Assembly: GCA_963735035.1 (NCBI GenBank) | Contig: CAVTJJ010000003.1 | Span: 704,001-768,000, forward strand | Direction of reading: 5' to 3' | Length of the DNA: 64,000 nt | From: an uncultured candidate division Zixibacteria bacterium | GTDB lineage: Bacteria > Zixibacteria > MSB-5A5 > GN15 > FEB-12 | Shown: positions 10,072 to 19,285 of the stretch, piece by piece | Layout of the letters: every line of letters starts with the position of its first letter | Numbering within the stretch: position 1 is the first letter of the stretch | Made by a program: the position numbers and the translations under genes | Notes under the pieces: model-generated | What the model was told of the DNA's origin: nothing | Seen by the model: only the letters and a program-made list of their open reading frames with translations | Databases searched by the model: none

Positions 10072-10952
10072 ACCGCCACCCCTTCCGCCAGCGCCCGAAG
10101 TTTGACCGGATCTACCAGCAACTTATCCAGCCCCATCTCGTGCGATGAAATCCCCAGCGCCGCCCCTACCAGATGACTGAAATAGACCACCGGAATCTTG
10201 AAATCGCGCCCAAACGTCTTGCTGATCTTGCCCTGATAGGCTTCGAGATTCATCTGACAGAGCGGACAGGCGGTGGCAATTATCTCGGCGTTGGTGTCGT
10301 TGGCCGCCTGAAGCAGCTTCATGTTCAGATCGAGCGCGACGTCTTCCTGGGTGGTCATCAACATACCACCGCAGCAGCGTACTTTACAGGGGTAAGGGAC
10401 CACCTCGGCTCCCAGCGCGGTCAGCAGTCGATCCATCGTAACCGGTTCGTCGACATCGTCGAAATGCCCGTGCGGCCGGACGATCTGGCAGCCGTAGTAG
10501 GTCGCCACCCTGATGCCCGCCAGACTGTGCTTCATCCTGGCCTTGATCGCCGGAAGCCCGAAATCGTTTACCAGGATATCAAGCGGGTGCCGGACATCGA
10601 CCAGCGTGTCATACTTAAGTCCCGCCGCCGCCAGGGCTTCGTTGATCTTGGCGCGTTCTTTCGGATCCCACGCGATGTGGCGATTGGTCTTCCGTAGAAT
10701 CGTGTAACAACTGCTGCAAGGGGCGCATATCTGCATGCCCATGTTCTGCGCCAGTGCCAGATTGCGGGCGCTTATCGCGTAGCCCACAATCTTCTTGACC
10801 GACATGTACATGGTCGCGCCGCAGCAGTTCCAGTCCTCGATTTCGTGCAGGGCGATCCCGAGCGTCTTGAAAATAGCCCGGATCGACTTGTCGTACGGAC
10901 TGGCGGTGTGTTCCAGGCTACAGCCTGGATAGTATGCATATTGGAGCATCAT
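10068..10952 (-). CDS. hdrB: Heterodisulfide reductase subunit B (CCG domains)
   Basis: YYPGCS, DWNCCGA, CSSC, YYGCQ, RCCGG and ACPLCQMNL. Confidence 0.95.
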   Translation of the reverse strand: MMLQYAYYPGCSLEHTASPYDKSIRAIFKTLGIALHEIEDWNCCGATMYMSVKKIVGYAISARNLALAQNMGMQICAPCSSCYTILRKTNRHIAWDPKERAKINEALAAAGLKYDTLVDVRHPLDILVNDFGLPAIKARMKHSLAGIRVATYYGCQIVRPHGHFDDVDEPVTMDRLLTALGAEVVPYPCKVRCCGGMLMTTQEDVALDLNMKLLQAANDTNAEIIATACPLCQMNLEAYQGKISKTFGRDFKIPVVYFSHLVGAALGISSHEMGLDKLLVDPVKLRALAEGVAV

Positions 10953-11536
10953 CCTTCTCCAAATTCATTGGCCTTATTGATGATGGCCCGTATGTCTTTT
11001 ATTCTTCTTAACTTTCTTGGAATCAAGCCCATCCGCCCCCGGCGAATCATCGACCACCCCATACCGGCGTTCGAAATAAGACGACTGATTTCGGTCCGCG
11101 CGAAATACCGGATGCCCAACCCCAACTCATAGTTGCGGCCGTACCTATAGACGTTATCCACAAAAGCTCCCGACAGTACGTGCACGAGGAAGCGGCCCGG
11201 ATACATCTTCTTCGCCATCGCAATCCGCTTCAGAGCGTACATGGTGTCAGTCACCCGGATGTCCGCGGGACAGCGGACCGTACATGAATAGCATGATGCG
11301 CAGAGCCAGATGGCTCGGCTTTGCAGTATCTCTTCAATATGGCCGGCCCGAAACATGGCCACGATCTGACGAGGGGTCAGGTCCATGGCATAGGACACCG
11401 GACAGGTCCCCGTACAGGTTCCGCACTGCAGACAGCGCTTAATCTTGAACCCCTCCGGAAAACTTCCGACCTGTTCCCAAAAGGCCGCCCGAAGCTCGGC
11501 CTCCTTTTTAGGGAGAAATTCGATCTTCCCTATCAT
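10949..11536 (-). CDS. hdrC: Heterodisulfide reductase subunit C
   Basis: CLQCGTCTGTCP and WLCASCYSCTVRCP; first gene of the operon. Confidence 0.95.
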   Translation of the reverse strand: MIGKIEFLPKKEAELRAAFWEQVGSFPEGFKIKRCLQCGTCTGTCPVSYAMDLTPRQIVAMFRAGHIEEILQSRAIWLCASCYSCTVRCPADIRVTDTMYALKRIAMAKKMYPGRFLVHVLSGAFVDNVYRYGRNYELGLGIRYFARTEISRLISNAGMGWSMIRRGRMGLIPRKLRRIKDIRAIINKANEFGEG

Positions 11537-11725
11537 AAGGTCTCCTTGCTGGCTCGGACTGACAAAGATCGTAATCAGATACTAAAATGGGCTTTGTGAT
11601 CCGTAAAGCTTGCCCGACTACAGTTAACCCTATCGACGATACACAAAGCGGTCAAGGGATATCTTTCACAAGGCGCTTACGTCCCGCCAGTTTGAAGCAA
11701 TACCTAAAAGACTGATATGATCCAA

Positions 11726-11988
11726 GTTACACGTTTGTAACATGGTCTATTAAGACTAATATTAACGCAATCTAATACGCTATATTACTGTGAGTTAGTA
11801 CCAGCTAACATAGTCTCCATCGCCCTCAAATTCGCTCAGGACAGACGTTGTAACCATGAGGTGACAACTTGGATGGTTTGTCACAAAGCAGTGACATATA
11901 CTCCCCCGGGGGAAATTTGAAACGAAATTGCTCCATCCGCCTCGTGAATATGACCCAATTCCACCCCCTTCTGTCACTGAGAAGTGAC
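11726..11988. promoter_or_regulatory. Array of GTNAC-N6-GTNAC palindromes, candidate TetR operators
   Basis: 11726 GTTAC-N6-GTAAC, 11850 GTAAC-N6-GTGAC, 11880 GTCAC-N6-GTGAC and 11973 GTCAC-N6-GTGAC. The last abuts a TTGACA at 11989. Confidence 0.6.
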
Positions 11989-12080
11989 TTGACAGAATCC
12001 AATTTGATTTGCAGTCTACCTTATCGACTGCACTCAAACCGACGGCTCCGTTCGGGACAGCCGTCCAAGGAGTAGGTCCG

Positions 12081-12704
12081 ATGATTCGAGACAAAGAGGC
12101 CACTCGGGCCAGGATTCTTGCCGCCGTGGGAACCGTTCTCTCGCGCCGGGGCTTTGCGAAATTCGGGATCAATTCAATCGCCAAGGAGGCCGGAGTAGAC
12201 AAGGTATTAATCTACCGATACTTCGGCGGTCTCGATCGGCTCTTGAAAGCTTACGCCGAGGAAAATCTGGACGCGTACACGATTCCCCCACTGGCCTGGC
12301 CGCCGCACGAGAAGAACATTCCCCCCGCCCTGACCACTTCGGTGCTGTTGCGCGACCAACTCGAGGAACTCCGCCGACGACCTGTCGCACAGGAGACGCT
12401 CCGATGGGAATTGCAGAGCCCCAACACTCTCACTGATCTGATAGCGACGGCTCGGGAAAAGATGGCGAAAGAGTATCTCGCGCGACTCCCCTTCGATCAT
12501 GAGAAACATCCCGACTGCGATCTCGGCGCCCTCTTCGCCCTGCTTCACGCCGGCATTACCCATATGGTCGCCAGCGCCCCGAAGCTTGACTATTACCAGG
12601 GCATTGACTTGAAATCAGCACGCGGCTGGAAGCGGATCGAGCAGATGATCGATGCTCTGGTGCAGGCCTATTTCGGTCGGCATGCGGCACAGCCTTCGAA
12701 ATAG
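12081..12704 (+). CDS. TetR/AcrR-family regulator
   Basis: ATG at 12081 after AAGGAG. GINSIAKEAGVDKVLIYRYFGG is a TetR HTH. Confidence 0.93.
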   Translation: MIRDKEATRARILAAVGTVLSRRGFAKFGINSIAKEAGVDKVLIYRYFGGLDRLLKAYAEENLDAYTIPPLAWPPHEKNIPPALTTSVLLRDQLEELRRRPVAQETLRWELQSPNTLTDLIATAREKMAKEYLARLPFDHEKHPDCDLGALFALLHAGITHMVASAPKLDYYQGIDLKSARGWKRIEQMIDALVQAYFGRHAAQPSK

Positions 12705-12767
12705 ACTCTCTTGCTTTCTTGGGTTTAGCGCAAGATATCAGCGACTCATAACTAACAATCGGTTACG

Positions 12768-13793
12768 CTAGTGGCTGTGCCGATGGTGTAGGTCGGGCCA
12801 GTGGGGGTGAGCATGTGCGATCGGATCATGACGATGACGGTGCGTATGGCGGTTGTCCTCCTCGCCTTCCCGGTGATCGTGTCGATGGTGCCCGTCGTCA
12901 TGCCGATGACTATGCTCGTGTTCCAACTCTTCGTGCCGGTGCTGGTGTTCATGTTTGTCGCGGAAGACCAATACGAGCGATACGCCGAGACCCGCTATCG
13001 CTACCATTTGCAGCACGGAAATAGACTCGCCGAGGAAAATGGCCGAGAGCAACACTCCGAAGAACGGACTGCTGGCGAAAAACATCTGCCCTCGCGCCGC
13101 TCCGATATTTTGCGCCGCCGTGATGTACAAAATGATGCTGGCTCCATAGGAAAACGCTCCCACCCCAAGCGCTCCAAACGTCGTGGACGTGGAGCCACCC
13201 CAATCCTGCGACGAGAGACCTATTCCGAGATTGATAACCCCAGCCACGATTCCTTTCCAGAACGTGCTCTGGGCAGGAGTTATGCCGTCGATAAGAGCCG
13301 TGAAATTGTTATCAAATCCCCAGCAGGCGCAGGCGGCCAGAACCAGCAGCCCAGCCTTGATCCCGGCTGTTCCCTCGCCCACGCACAGCAGGACACTCGC
13401 CGCTACAACTCCGAGCATGCCCAGCCAGCCAAACATCCCCAGGTGATCGTTAAAGAGCCAACGCCCCAAAATGGCAGTTGCCACCAGTTCAAGCGGCAGC
13501 CAGAGCGAGACGGATGCCGCCGATGCCACCTTGAGACCAAACAGGAGAAACAGCGGCGCCAACACCCCGCCGAAAAGCACTGCACCGGAGAGCCGGAACA
13601 TGTTACGGCGATCCATGCGCCAGGGTTGGGTCTGACCCTTCTTGAAAGCAACGACAGACGCCCCCAGTGCCGCGCCGAGATAGAGCAGTCCCGCCAACTG
13701 AAAGGCGCTGAACGAATCCAACAGCGCCTTGCTTAACGGAGTAGCGGCGCCGAACAGCGCGGCCGAGAGAAGCGCGAGCATAACATAGAACAT
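12768..13793 (-). CDS. DMT/EamA-family transporter with His-rich C-terminal tail
   Basis: About 10 TM segments, WGFDNN motif, and a tail HEHQHRHEELEHEHSHRH...HWPDLHHRHSH. Confidence 0.9.
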   Translation of the reverse strand: MFYVMLALLSAALFGAATPLSKALLDSFSAFQLAGLLYLGAALGASVVAFKKGQTQPWRMDRRNMFRLSGAVLFGGVLAPLFLLFGLKVASAASVSLWLPLELVATAILGRWLFNDHLGMFGWLGMLGVVAASVLLCVGEGTAGIKAGLLVLAACACWGFDNNFTALIDGITPAQSTFWKGIVAGVINLGIGLSSQDWGGSTSTTFGALGVGAFSYGASIILYITAAQNIGAARGQMFFASSPFFGVLLSAIFLGESISVLQMVAIAGLGVSLVLVFRDKHEHQHRHEELEHEHSHRHDDGHHRHDHREGEEDNRHTHRHRHDPIAHAHPHWPDLHHRHSH

Positions 13794-14089
13794 TGCGCGG
13801 TCAAGAAACGAAATCCAATCCACTTGTGCAATATGGTGACGTGGAGACGAGTCGGTTATTACTGTGGGCGGCACACTGCCTGCCCCCGACTTGAGGGCCT
13901 TTTGAAGAACTGCTCGAATGTTGTTGCGGCAGGTCTTGCGTCGCCGAAGGCGGCGTGTGACCTGCCGCGTTGCATTGACCTAGCGAGATGCTTACTATCA
14001 CTCGTAGACGATGCGTGATAAGAGAACGACTCTTTCAAGAGGCCCTTGATCGGGGGTCCCCTTGTGCCCCCGATTCGTGGAATAGAAAA

Positions 14090-14133
14090 CGACCGGCGCA
14101 ACCACCTCAAGTGAAGTCTGGTCGCGCCGGTCG
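14090..14133 (-). terminator. Rho-independent terminator after the YHS-protein gene
   Basis: CGACCGGCGC / GCGCCGGTCG stem followed by TTTTCT on the minus strand. Confidence 0.6.
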
Positions 14134-14159
14134 ATACAATCTTGACCTAAGGGGCGTTC

Positions 14160-14651
14160 TTACTTGTGTCCGCCCATTCCCTTCATGTCCATGGTCGGCT
14201 TCTCGGACTTGGTCGGTTCATCCATCATCTTCAGGTATTCCTGCGGCTTGGCCTTGAACTTGTCCACGCATTTGGAGCAGCAGAAATTGATACGACGACC
14301 TTCATAATCGGTGTAAGTATTCTTGTCGGTCAGGGTGTCGCCTGTGACCGGGCAGGTTTTCTGTATGTTCTGAAACAGAACGCCTTCGGCTGCTGCTGCC
14401 TTGAAATACTTATCCGGGTCGGCTTTCACTTTGTCCGGACAACCTTTACAGCAGAAATACACGCGCTGACCCTGGATATCCAGATAGACAGATGAGTCTA
14501 TCGGTTTTCCCATGACCGGACAAACGGTCTGGTTATGCAATTTCGTGACCGTCGCCGCAGCGGTTGCTGTCGTCGTACCCTCTGAAAATGCCAGAGCTGC
14601 GATCACGGCTACCAGCGACATGGCCAATACAAATAATCTGATTGTCTTCAC
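14160..14651 (-). CDS. Exported protein with two YHS/TRASH-like metal-binding repeats
   Basis: GTG start after AAGGAGG and a signal peptide. CPVMG...YFCCKGC and CPVTG...NFCCSKC repeats; Met/His tail MDMKGMGGHK. Confidence 0.85.
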   Translation of the reverse strand: MKTIRLFVLAMSLVAVIAALAFSEGTTTATAAATVTKLHNQTVCPVMGKPIDSSVYLDIQGQRVYFCCKGCPDKVKADPDKYFKAAAAEGVLFQNIQKTCPVTGDTLTDKNTYTDYEGRRINFCCSKCVDKFKAKPQEYLKMMDEPTKSEKPTMDMKGMGGHK

Positions 14652-14738
14652 GAAAGGATCCTCCTTACGGCTGCTTTCCGGCCTCGATAACAACTATTGA
14701 GGCCTTCACGTTTTCCATTACTCATGCACTGTTCTACC

Positions 14739-14753
14739 ACAAAGATCGTGCCA
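14739..14753 (-). promoter_or_regulatory. Sigma54-like promoter for the YHS gene
   Basis: Minus strand TGGCAC-GATCT-TTGT, one mismatch from TGGCAC-N5-TTGC. Confidence 0.55.
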
Positions 14754-14848
14754 TAGCCCAACGTTTGTGTAAACGATTGACAAATAACACGTTATCTGAA
14801 CATCCGAATCCTCCATCAACTCCCGCAAGATAATAGTGTTGGTTATTG

Positions 14849-14866
14849 AAGAATATTCTTCGGTAG
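14849..14866 (-). promoter_or_regulatory. Candidate enhancer (UAS) for the NtrC-type regulator, copy 1
   Basis: Minus strand CTACCGAAGAATATTCTT, identical to 17758-17775. Contains the palindrome AAGAATATTCTT. Confidence 0.6.
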
Positions 14867-15050
14867 TTGACGATTATAAGGATATGGAATAAGCTTTGGC
14901 GCGTGCCACACAGACCCTTGAGAATTGCAACCGGTTGTCCTGCATGACAAGCGCAGGTATTGCTGGTTAGGGTCGAATCGACAAGAGCCTTTGGCACGAA
15001 TGTTTCAATAGGTCTAGTTAATGAGCGCGTTCTCCAAATATTCCGAGATC

Positions 15051-16106
15051 ATGCGTTTCACCCGTGTGAAGCTGCTTGTACTTGCGGCGATCATGGCACT
15101 CACGGTCACAATTCACTACGGCTGGCTGACCGACGCGCTTTTCGGACACGTCCACTGGCTGCACGCCCTGCACAGCCGCTTCTGTTACATCCCGATCGCT
15201 GTCGCCGCCTCCTGGTTCGGACTGCGCGGCGGCATCCTGAGCGCTCTGGCTATCTCTCTGATGGTTCTCCCGTATCTTCTGAGCACGGCTTCGAATACGA
15301 CTGATCTGTCTCAGGAACTCGTCGAGATATTCTTCTACTTCGCAATCGGCATCCTGATCGGTGCCCTCATCGATCGAGAGATGCGTGTCCGACGCAAGCA
15401 CGAGGAAGTCAAATTGCAGTTGGAGCGCAGCCGACACCTCTCCCTCGTAGGCCAGATGGCCGCCGGTGTGGCTCACGAAATCAAGAACCCGCTCGCTTCA
15501 ATCAAAGGCGCCCTCGAGATAATCCGCGATGACAAAGTGCCGCAATCGGATCGCAACGAATTCAGCGACATTGCTTTCAAAGAAGTCAAACGGATTGACA
15601 GCACAGTCGCCGAGTTTCTCCAGTACGCCCGACCGAAAGCGACCCAAAGGCAGGACGTGGATTTGTCGGCGCTGGTGGAATCCGGCCTCAAACAATTGAA
15701 CCCCCAGATGGCCAAGGCCTCACTGAGTCTGCAGACGAGCATACAGACAGATGTCCATATCCTGGCCGATTGGGAACAGATCCATCAGGCGTTGCTCAAC
15801 CTGGTCATCAACGCCATGGAAGCATCGCAGCCCGGTGGTTCAATCGAAGTTAAGCTGAGTCACGCCAGTACCGATCGCGTTGTCCTGTCGATTTCCGATA
15901 CCGGTTCGGGCATGAACTCGGCTCAGCAGGAACAGGCGTTCGATCCATTCTATACCACCAAGGCGGCGGGTACCGGTCTGGGTCTGGCTATTGTGAAATC
16001 AATCATCGACGGACACCACGGCCAAATTGAAATACAAAGCGAAGCAGGCCGTGGGACGCGAGTGAATGTCACGCTGCCCGCACTTGAAGTAAAGGCCGGA
16101 TCATGA
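15051..16106 (+). CDS. Membrane sensor histidine kinase (ZraS/HydH-like)
   Basis: His-rich N-terminal TM region, AHEIKNPL H-box, NLVINA, DTGSG, FYTTK and GTGLGL. Confidence 0.92.
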   Translation: MRFTRVKLLVLAAIMALTVTIHYGWLTDALFGHVHWLHALHSRFCYIPIAVAASWFGLRGGILSALAISLMVLPYLLSTASNTTDLSQELVEIFFYFAIGILIGALIDREMRVRRKHEEVKLQLERSRHLSLVGQMAAGVAHEIKNPLASIKGALEIIRDDKVPQSDRNEFSDIAFKEVKRIDSTVAEFLQYARPKATQRQDVDLSALVESGLKQLNPQMAKASLSLQTSIQTDVHILADWEQIHQALLNLVINAMEASQPGGSIEVKLSHASTDRVVLSISDTGSGMNSAQQEQAFDPFYTTKAAGTGLGLAIVKSIIDGHHGQIEIQSEAGRGTRVNVTLPALEVKAGS

Positions 16107-17458
16107 ATATCTTGCTTGTCGATGACGATGCCGCCCTTCGCCGCATAATCGAATTCAAATTGAAGCAGCGCGGCTATCATGTGACTGCTGTCGGCGACGG
16201 CGAACAAGCGCTGGCAAAGCTTCGGGAAGCACGATTCGATCTGGTCCTGTCGGATATGAAGATGCCCGGCCTGAGCGGTCTCGATCTGCTCAGTCGGGCC
16301 AAGCGAATCCAGCCCCATCTTGAAGTTATCCTCATGACCGCCTACGCCGCCGTTTCCCAGGCAGTCGAAGCGGTCAAACAGGGAGCGTTTGATTACCTGA
16401 CCAAGCCTTTCGACGACGATCAATTGTTGGTCACAATCGAAAAGGCAGTCAAGTTCAAGAATCTCGAGAACGAGAATCGACTGCTCAAAGAGCAACTCAC
16501 AACCGCTGGTCAGATCAGACCGATGGTCGGCGTGGCGCCGTCATTCAAACAGCTTCTCGAACTGATCGACAAAGTCGCTCCGACCGACGCCACAATCTTA
16601 ATCACCGGCGAATCCGGTACCGGCAAGGAATTGGTGGCCAGAACCCTGCATCGTCAGAGCAACCGCGCCCAGCGCGAGTTCGTGGCGGTGAACTGTGCAG
16701 CCATCCCCAGAGATCTGCTGGAATCGGAATTGTTTGGCCATGTCAAGGGAGCTTTCACCGGAGCGGTTCGGGACAAGAAAGGTAAATTCGAACAGGCCGG
16801 CGGCGGCACACTTCTGCTCGACGAAGTCAGCGAGCTGGGCATGGAACTGCAGGCCAAACTCCTGCGCGCCGTTCAGGAACGGGTGATCGAACCGGTCGGC
16901 TCGGAGCGACCCGTTGAAATCGATGTGCGCCTGTTGGCCGCCACCAATGTCAACCTTCGCGATCTGGTCGCCTCGGGGCGCTTTCGCGAGGATCTGTATT
17001 ACCGGCTCAATGTCATCCCCCTGCACGTGCCGCCGCTCCGCGAGAGACGGGAAGACATCCCTCTACTTGTGAAAACATTTCTTGAGCGATTTGCCCCCGG
17101 AGCGGATATCAGCGTGGCCGCCGACCTGATGACAACTCTAAAGCAACACCCCTGGCCGGGGAATATCCGGGAATTGGAAAACCTGATGGAGCGCATGGTC
17201 ATCCTGCGCAACTCAAATGAGCTGACATCGGCCGATCTACCGCCGGATTTTGGTCACGTCGGCCGAACGAACGAACCTGCTGAGGCGACTGGCTCGAGCG
17301 AGCACGTGACATTCTATGAAAATGAGAAGAATCTCATTATCGCCGCGCTTGAAAAGTTCGCCTGGAACAGAACGAGGGCTGCCGCCTACCTTGACATCCC
17401 CCGCCATGTCTTGATCTATCGCATCAAGAAGCTCGGCATCACTCCGGACAGCGCTTGA
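16103..17458 (+). CDS. Sigma54-dependent response regulator (NtrC/ZraR family)
   Basis: Receiver domain, GESGTGKE, ELFGHVKGAFTGA, WPGNIREL and a Fis-type HTH. Confidence 0.95.
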   Translation: MNILLVDDDAALRRIIEFKLKQRGYHVTAVGDGEQALAKLREARFDLVLSDMKMPGLSGLDLLSRAKRIQPHLEVILMTAYAAVSQAVEAVKQGAFDYLTKPFDDDQLLVTIEKAVKFKNLENENRLLKEQLTTAGQIRPMVGVAPSFKQLLELIDKVAPTDATILITGESGTGKELVARTLHRQSNRAQREFVAVNCAAIPRDLLESELFGHVKGAFTGAVRDKKGKFEQAGGGTLLLDEVSELGMELQAKLLRAVQERVIEPVGSERPVEIDVRLLAATNVNLRDLVASGRFREDLYYRLNVIPLHVPPLRERREDIPLLVKTFLERFAPGADISVAADLMTTLKQHPWPGNIRELENLMERMVILRNSNELTSADLPPDFGHVGRTNEPAEATGSSEHVTFYENEKNLIIAALEKFAWNRTRAAAYLDIPRHVLIYRIKKLGITPDSA

Positions 17459-17757
17459 TGAACATCTAGTCGATCTCCAATCGGACTGATCTACCTAATC
17501 AACCGGGAGTGCTGAAATGGTCCCTTCCTCGTCATCGCGAGTCTTGGCCGCGCTTCGCGGACGAGACGTGGCGATCTCAAATGTCACTGAGTGCCCGGTC
17601 CGCCGCGGCGGATCCACATCTGCCGGCTCGTATTGATGTGATTGGATTGAGATTGCCGCGCTACGCTGTCCCTCCTGGCGGCGGGCCATCTCCGCTCGCA
17701 ATGACGATTAGACAGACTTTTTCAACAGGCCCCCACCCCTTCAGATAGTATTCCTCC

Positions 17758-17775
17758 CTACCGAAGAATATTCTT
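17758..17775 (+). promoter_or_regulatory. Candidate enhancer (UAS), copy 2
   Basis: CTACCGAAGAATATTCTT about 80 nt upstream of a consensus sigma54 promoter. Confidence 0.6.
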
Positions 17776-17852
17776 TACACCCAGGCGAACGGGGACTGAG
17801 CAGTGTTTTTTAATTGTATGTCGTGGTTGCACTTAGGTAGATAGGAAGGGTT

Positions 17853-17867
17853 TGGCACATCTCTTGC
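17853..17867 (+). promoter_or_regulatory. Sigma54 promoter of the RND efflux operon
   Basis: TGGCAC-ATCTC-TTGC is a perfect -24/-12 consensus. Confidence 0.85.
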
Positions 17868-17921
17868 GAATTGCAGGTCGTTATGAAGATATCAAGTACA
17901 TTAATCTATAATGGTGACTGT

Positions 17922-19244
17922 TTGGCGAAGACTCGCATCACCTGGTATGTCCTGGCTGTCATGTTGGGGGCAAGTCTCGCCTTCTCCGCCTCAGCACAGA
18001 CACCCAATTCTCTCGGTCTGGATCAAGTCATCCGAGACGTTGTCCAGCACAACGACCGCATCGCTGCCGCACGTTACATGGAACAAGCCGCCCAGGCCAA
18101 AGTAGGTCCGGCCGGAGCGTGGGACGACCCCATGCTCATGCTCGGAGTACAAAACCTGCCGACCAATTTCGATTTCACGATGGACGATATGACCATGAAG
18201 ATGGTCGGCCTGAGCCAGAACATCCCGTACTCAGGATATAAGCACTTAGCCCGCAAGTCGGCGTCTTCTGAATCAAGAGCATCATCCGACGAACGCCGCG
18301 CGGATGAACTGACTCTGGTGACCTCCGCCAAGCAAGCGTTCTTCGACCTGTATTACCGTCAGCTCAACTTGAAGGCGCTCGAAAGCCAGCGAGAAATTCA
18401 GCAGCAAATCGTAGCTTCGACTACCGCCAAGCTTCGAGTCAATCAAGCCGGACAAGAAGAAGTCCTTGGCTCCCAGGCGGAACTGTGGCGGCTCGAATCG
18501 ACTATCCTCTCCGCTCAGCAGGAACTGACAGCATCGGCCAACAGTCTGTATGTCTTGCGCGGCCTCGACACACCCAAAGACATTCCAGCTTTGAGTGCCC
18601 CCCCGGCCGTAACCGTTCCCGAGTCGAGCGCGGCCTGGTCGGATGCGGCGCGTCAGGTCTATCCTCCCCTGAAACGCCTGAAGAATCAGTCGGAAGCGTA
18701 TGCTTTCTCTGCGCAATCATCCCGACGTATGCGCTGGCCGATGCTTGGACTTTCAGCCAGTTATGGTATACGCACCGGAGAATTCACTATGCCTAGTATG
18801 GGACGCATAATGAGAGACAATATGGTCAGTTTCGGACTGCAGTTCTCGCTGCCGATATTCTCCGGTCGCCAGCAGGGACGGATGGCAAAATCGATGACGG
18901 CAATGCAGATGAGCGCCGACGCAGAATCGGCCCAGTTGTGGCGGGAAGTGCAGTCCGATCTGGCTACCTTGCATCAGCGCGCGCTAAGAATTCAGCAGAG
19001 TCTGGCGCTCTATCGCGATCGCATCGTCCCGGCTTCCGAGGAAGCTTTCCGCAGCGCCCTGTCCGCTTACACGAACAATAATTCGACCCTGGTTTCTTTG
19101 CTGGCGTATTCGTCAGCTGTCTACCGAGACCGTATTACCGCCAACGAACTGGCCAACGATTTAGCAACTACTATGGCACAGGTAGAGCAATACACGACCG
19201 ACCCGAGCGTGTGGGAACCCATAACTTCAGATTCGGGCAAGTAG
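17922..19244 (+). CDS. TolC/CusC-family outer-membrane efflux protein
   Basis: Signal peptide, WDDPMLMLG, SLPIF and coiled-coil pattern; first gene of the RND operon. Start uncertain (17883 ATG or 17922 TTG). Confidence 0.85.
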   Translation: MAKTRITWYVLAVMLGASLAFSASAQTPNSLGLDQVIRDVVQHNDRIAAARYMEQAAQAKVGPAGAWDDPMLMLGVQNLPTNFDFTMDDMTMKMVGLSQNIPYSGYKHLARKSASSESRASSDERRADELTLVTSAKQAFFDLYYRQLNLKALESQREIQQQIVASTTAKLRVNQAGQEEVLGSQAELWRLESTILSAQQELTASANSLYVLRGLDTPKDIPALSAPPAVTVPESSAAWSDAARQVYPPLKRLKNQSEAYAFSAQSSRRMRWPMLGLSASYGIRTGEFTMPSMGRIMRDNMVSFGLQFSLPIFSGRQQGRMAKSMTAMQMSADAESAQLWREVQSDLATLHQRALRIQQSLALYRDRIVPASEEAFRSALSAYTNNNSTLVSLLAYSSAVYRDRITANELANDLATTMAQVEQYTTDPSVWEPITSDSGK

Positions 19245-19285
19245 CACAAGAAGAGCAAGAAGCACGAGAAAGACGAGTAGAGATT

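Noticed and set aside
4327..11536. Methanogen or archaeal origin implied by hdr/mvh genes
   Set aside because: The surrounding TolC, porins, sigma54 system and PTS domain are those of a diderm bacterium, and Hdr-Mvh is common in anaerobic bacteria.
11590..11672. Rex operator upstream of hdrC
   Set aside because: Only isolated half-sites (TTGTGA, TTCACAA) are present, not the 18-bp palindrome.
13794..14090. NiCo riboswitch ahead of the His-tail transporter
   Set aside because: The conserved four-way-junction pattern could not be recognised by eye. Only generic hairpins are visible.
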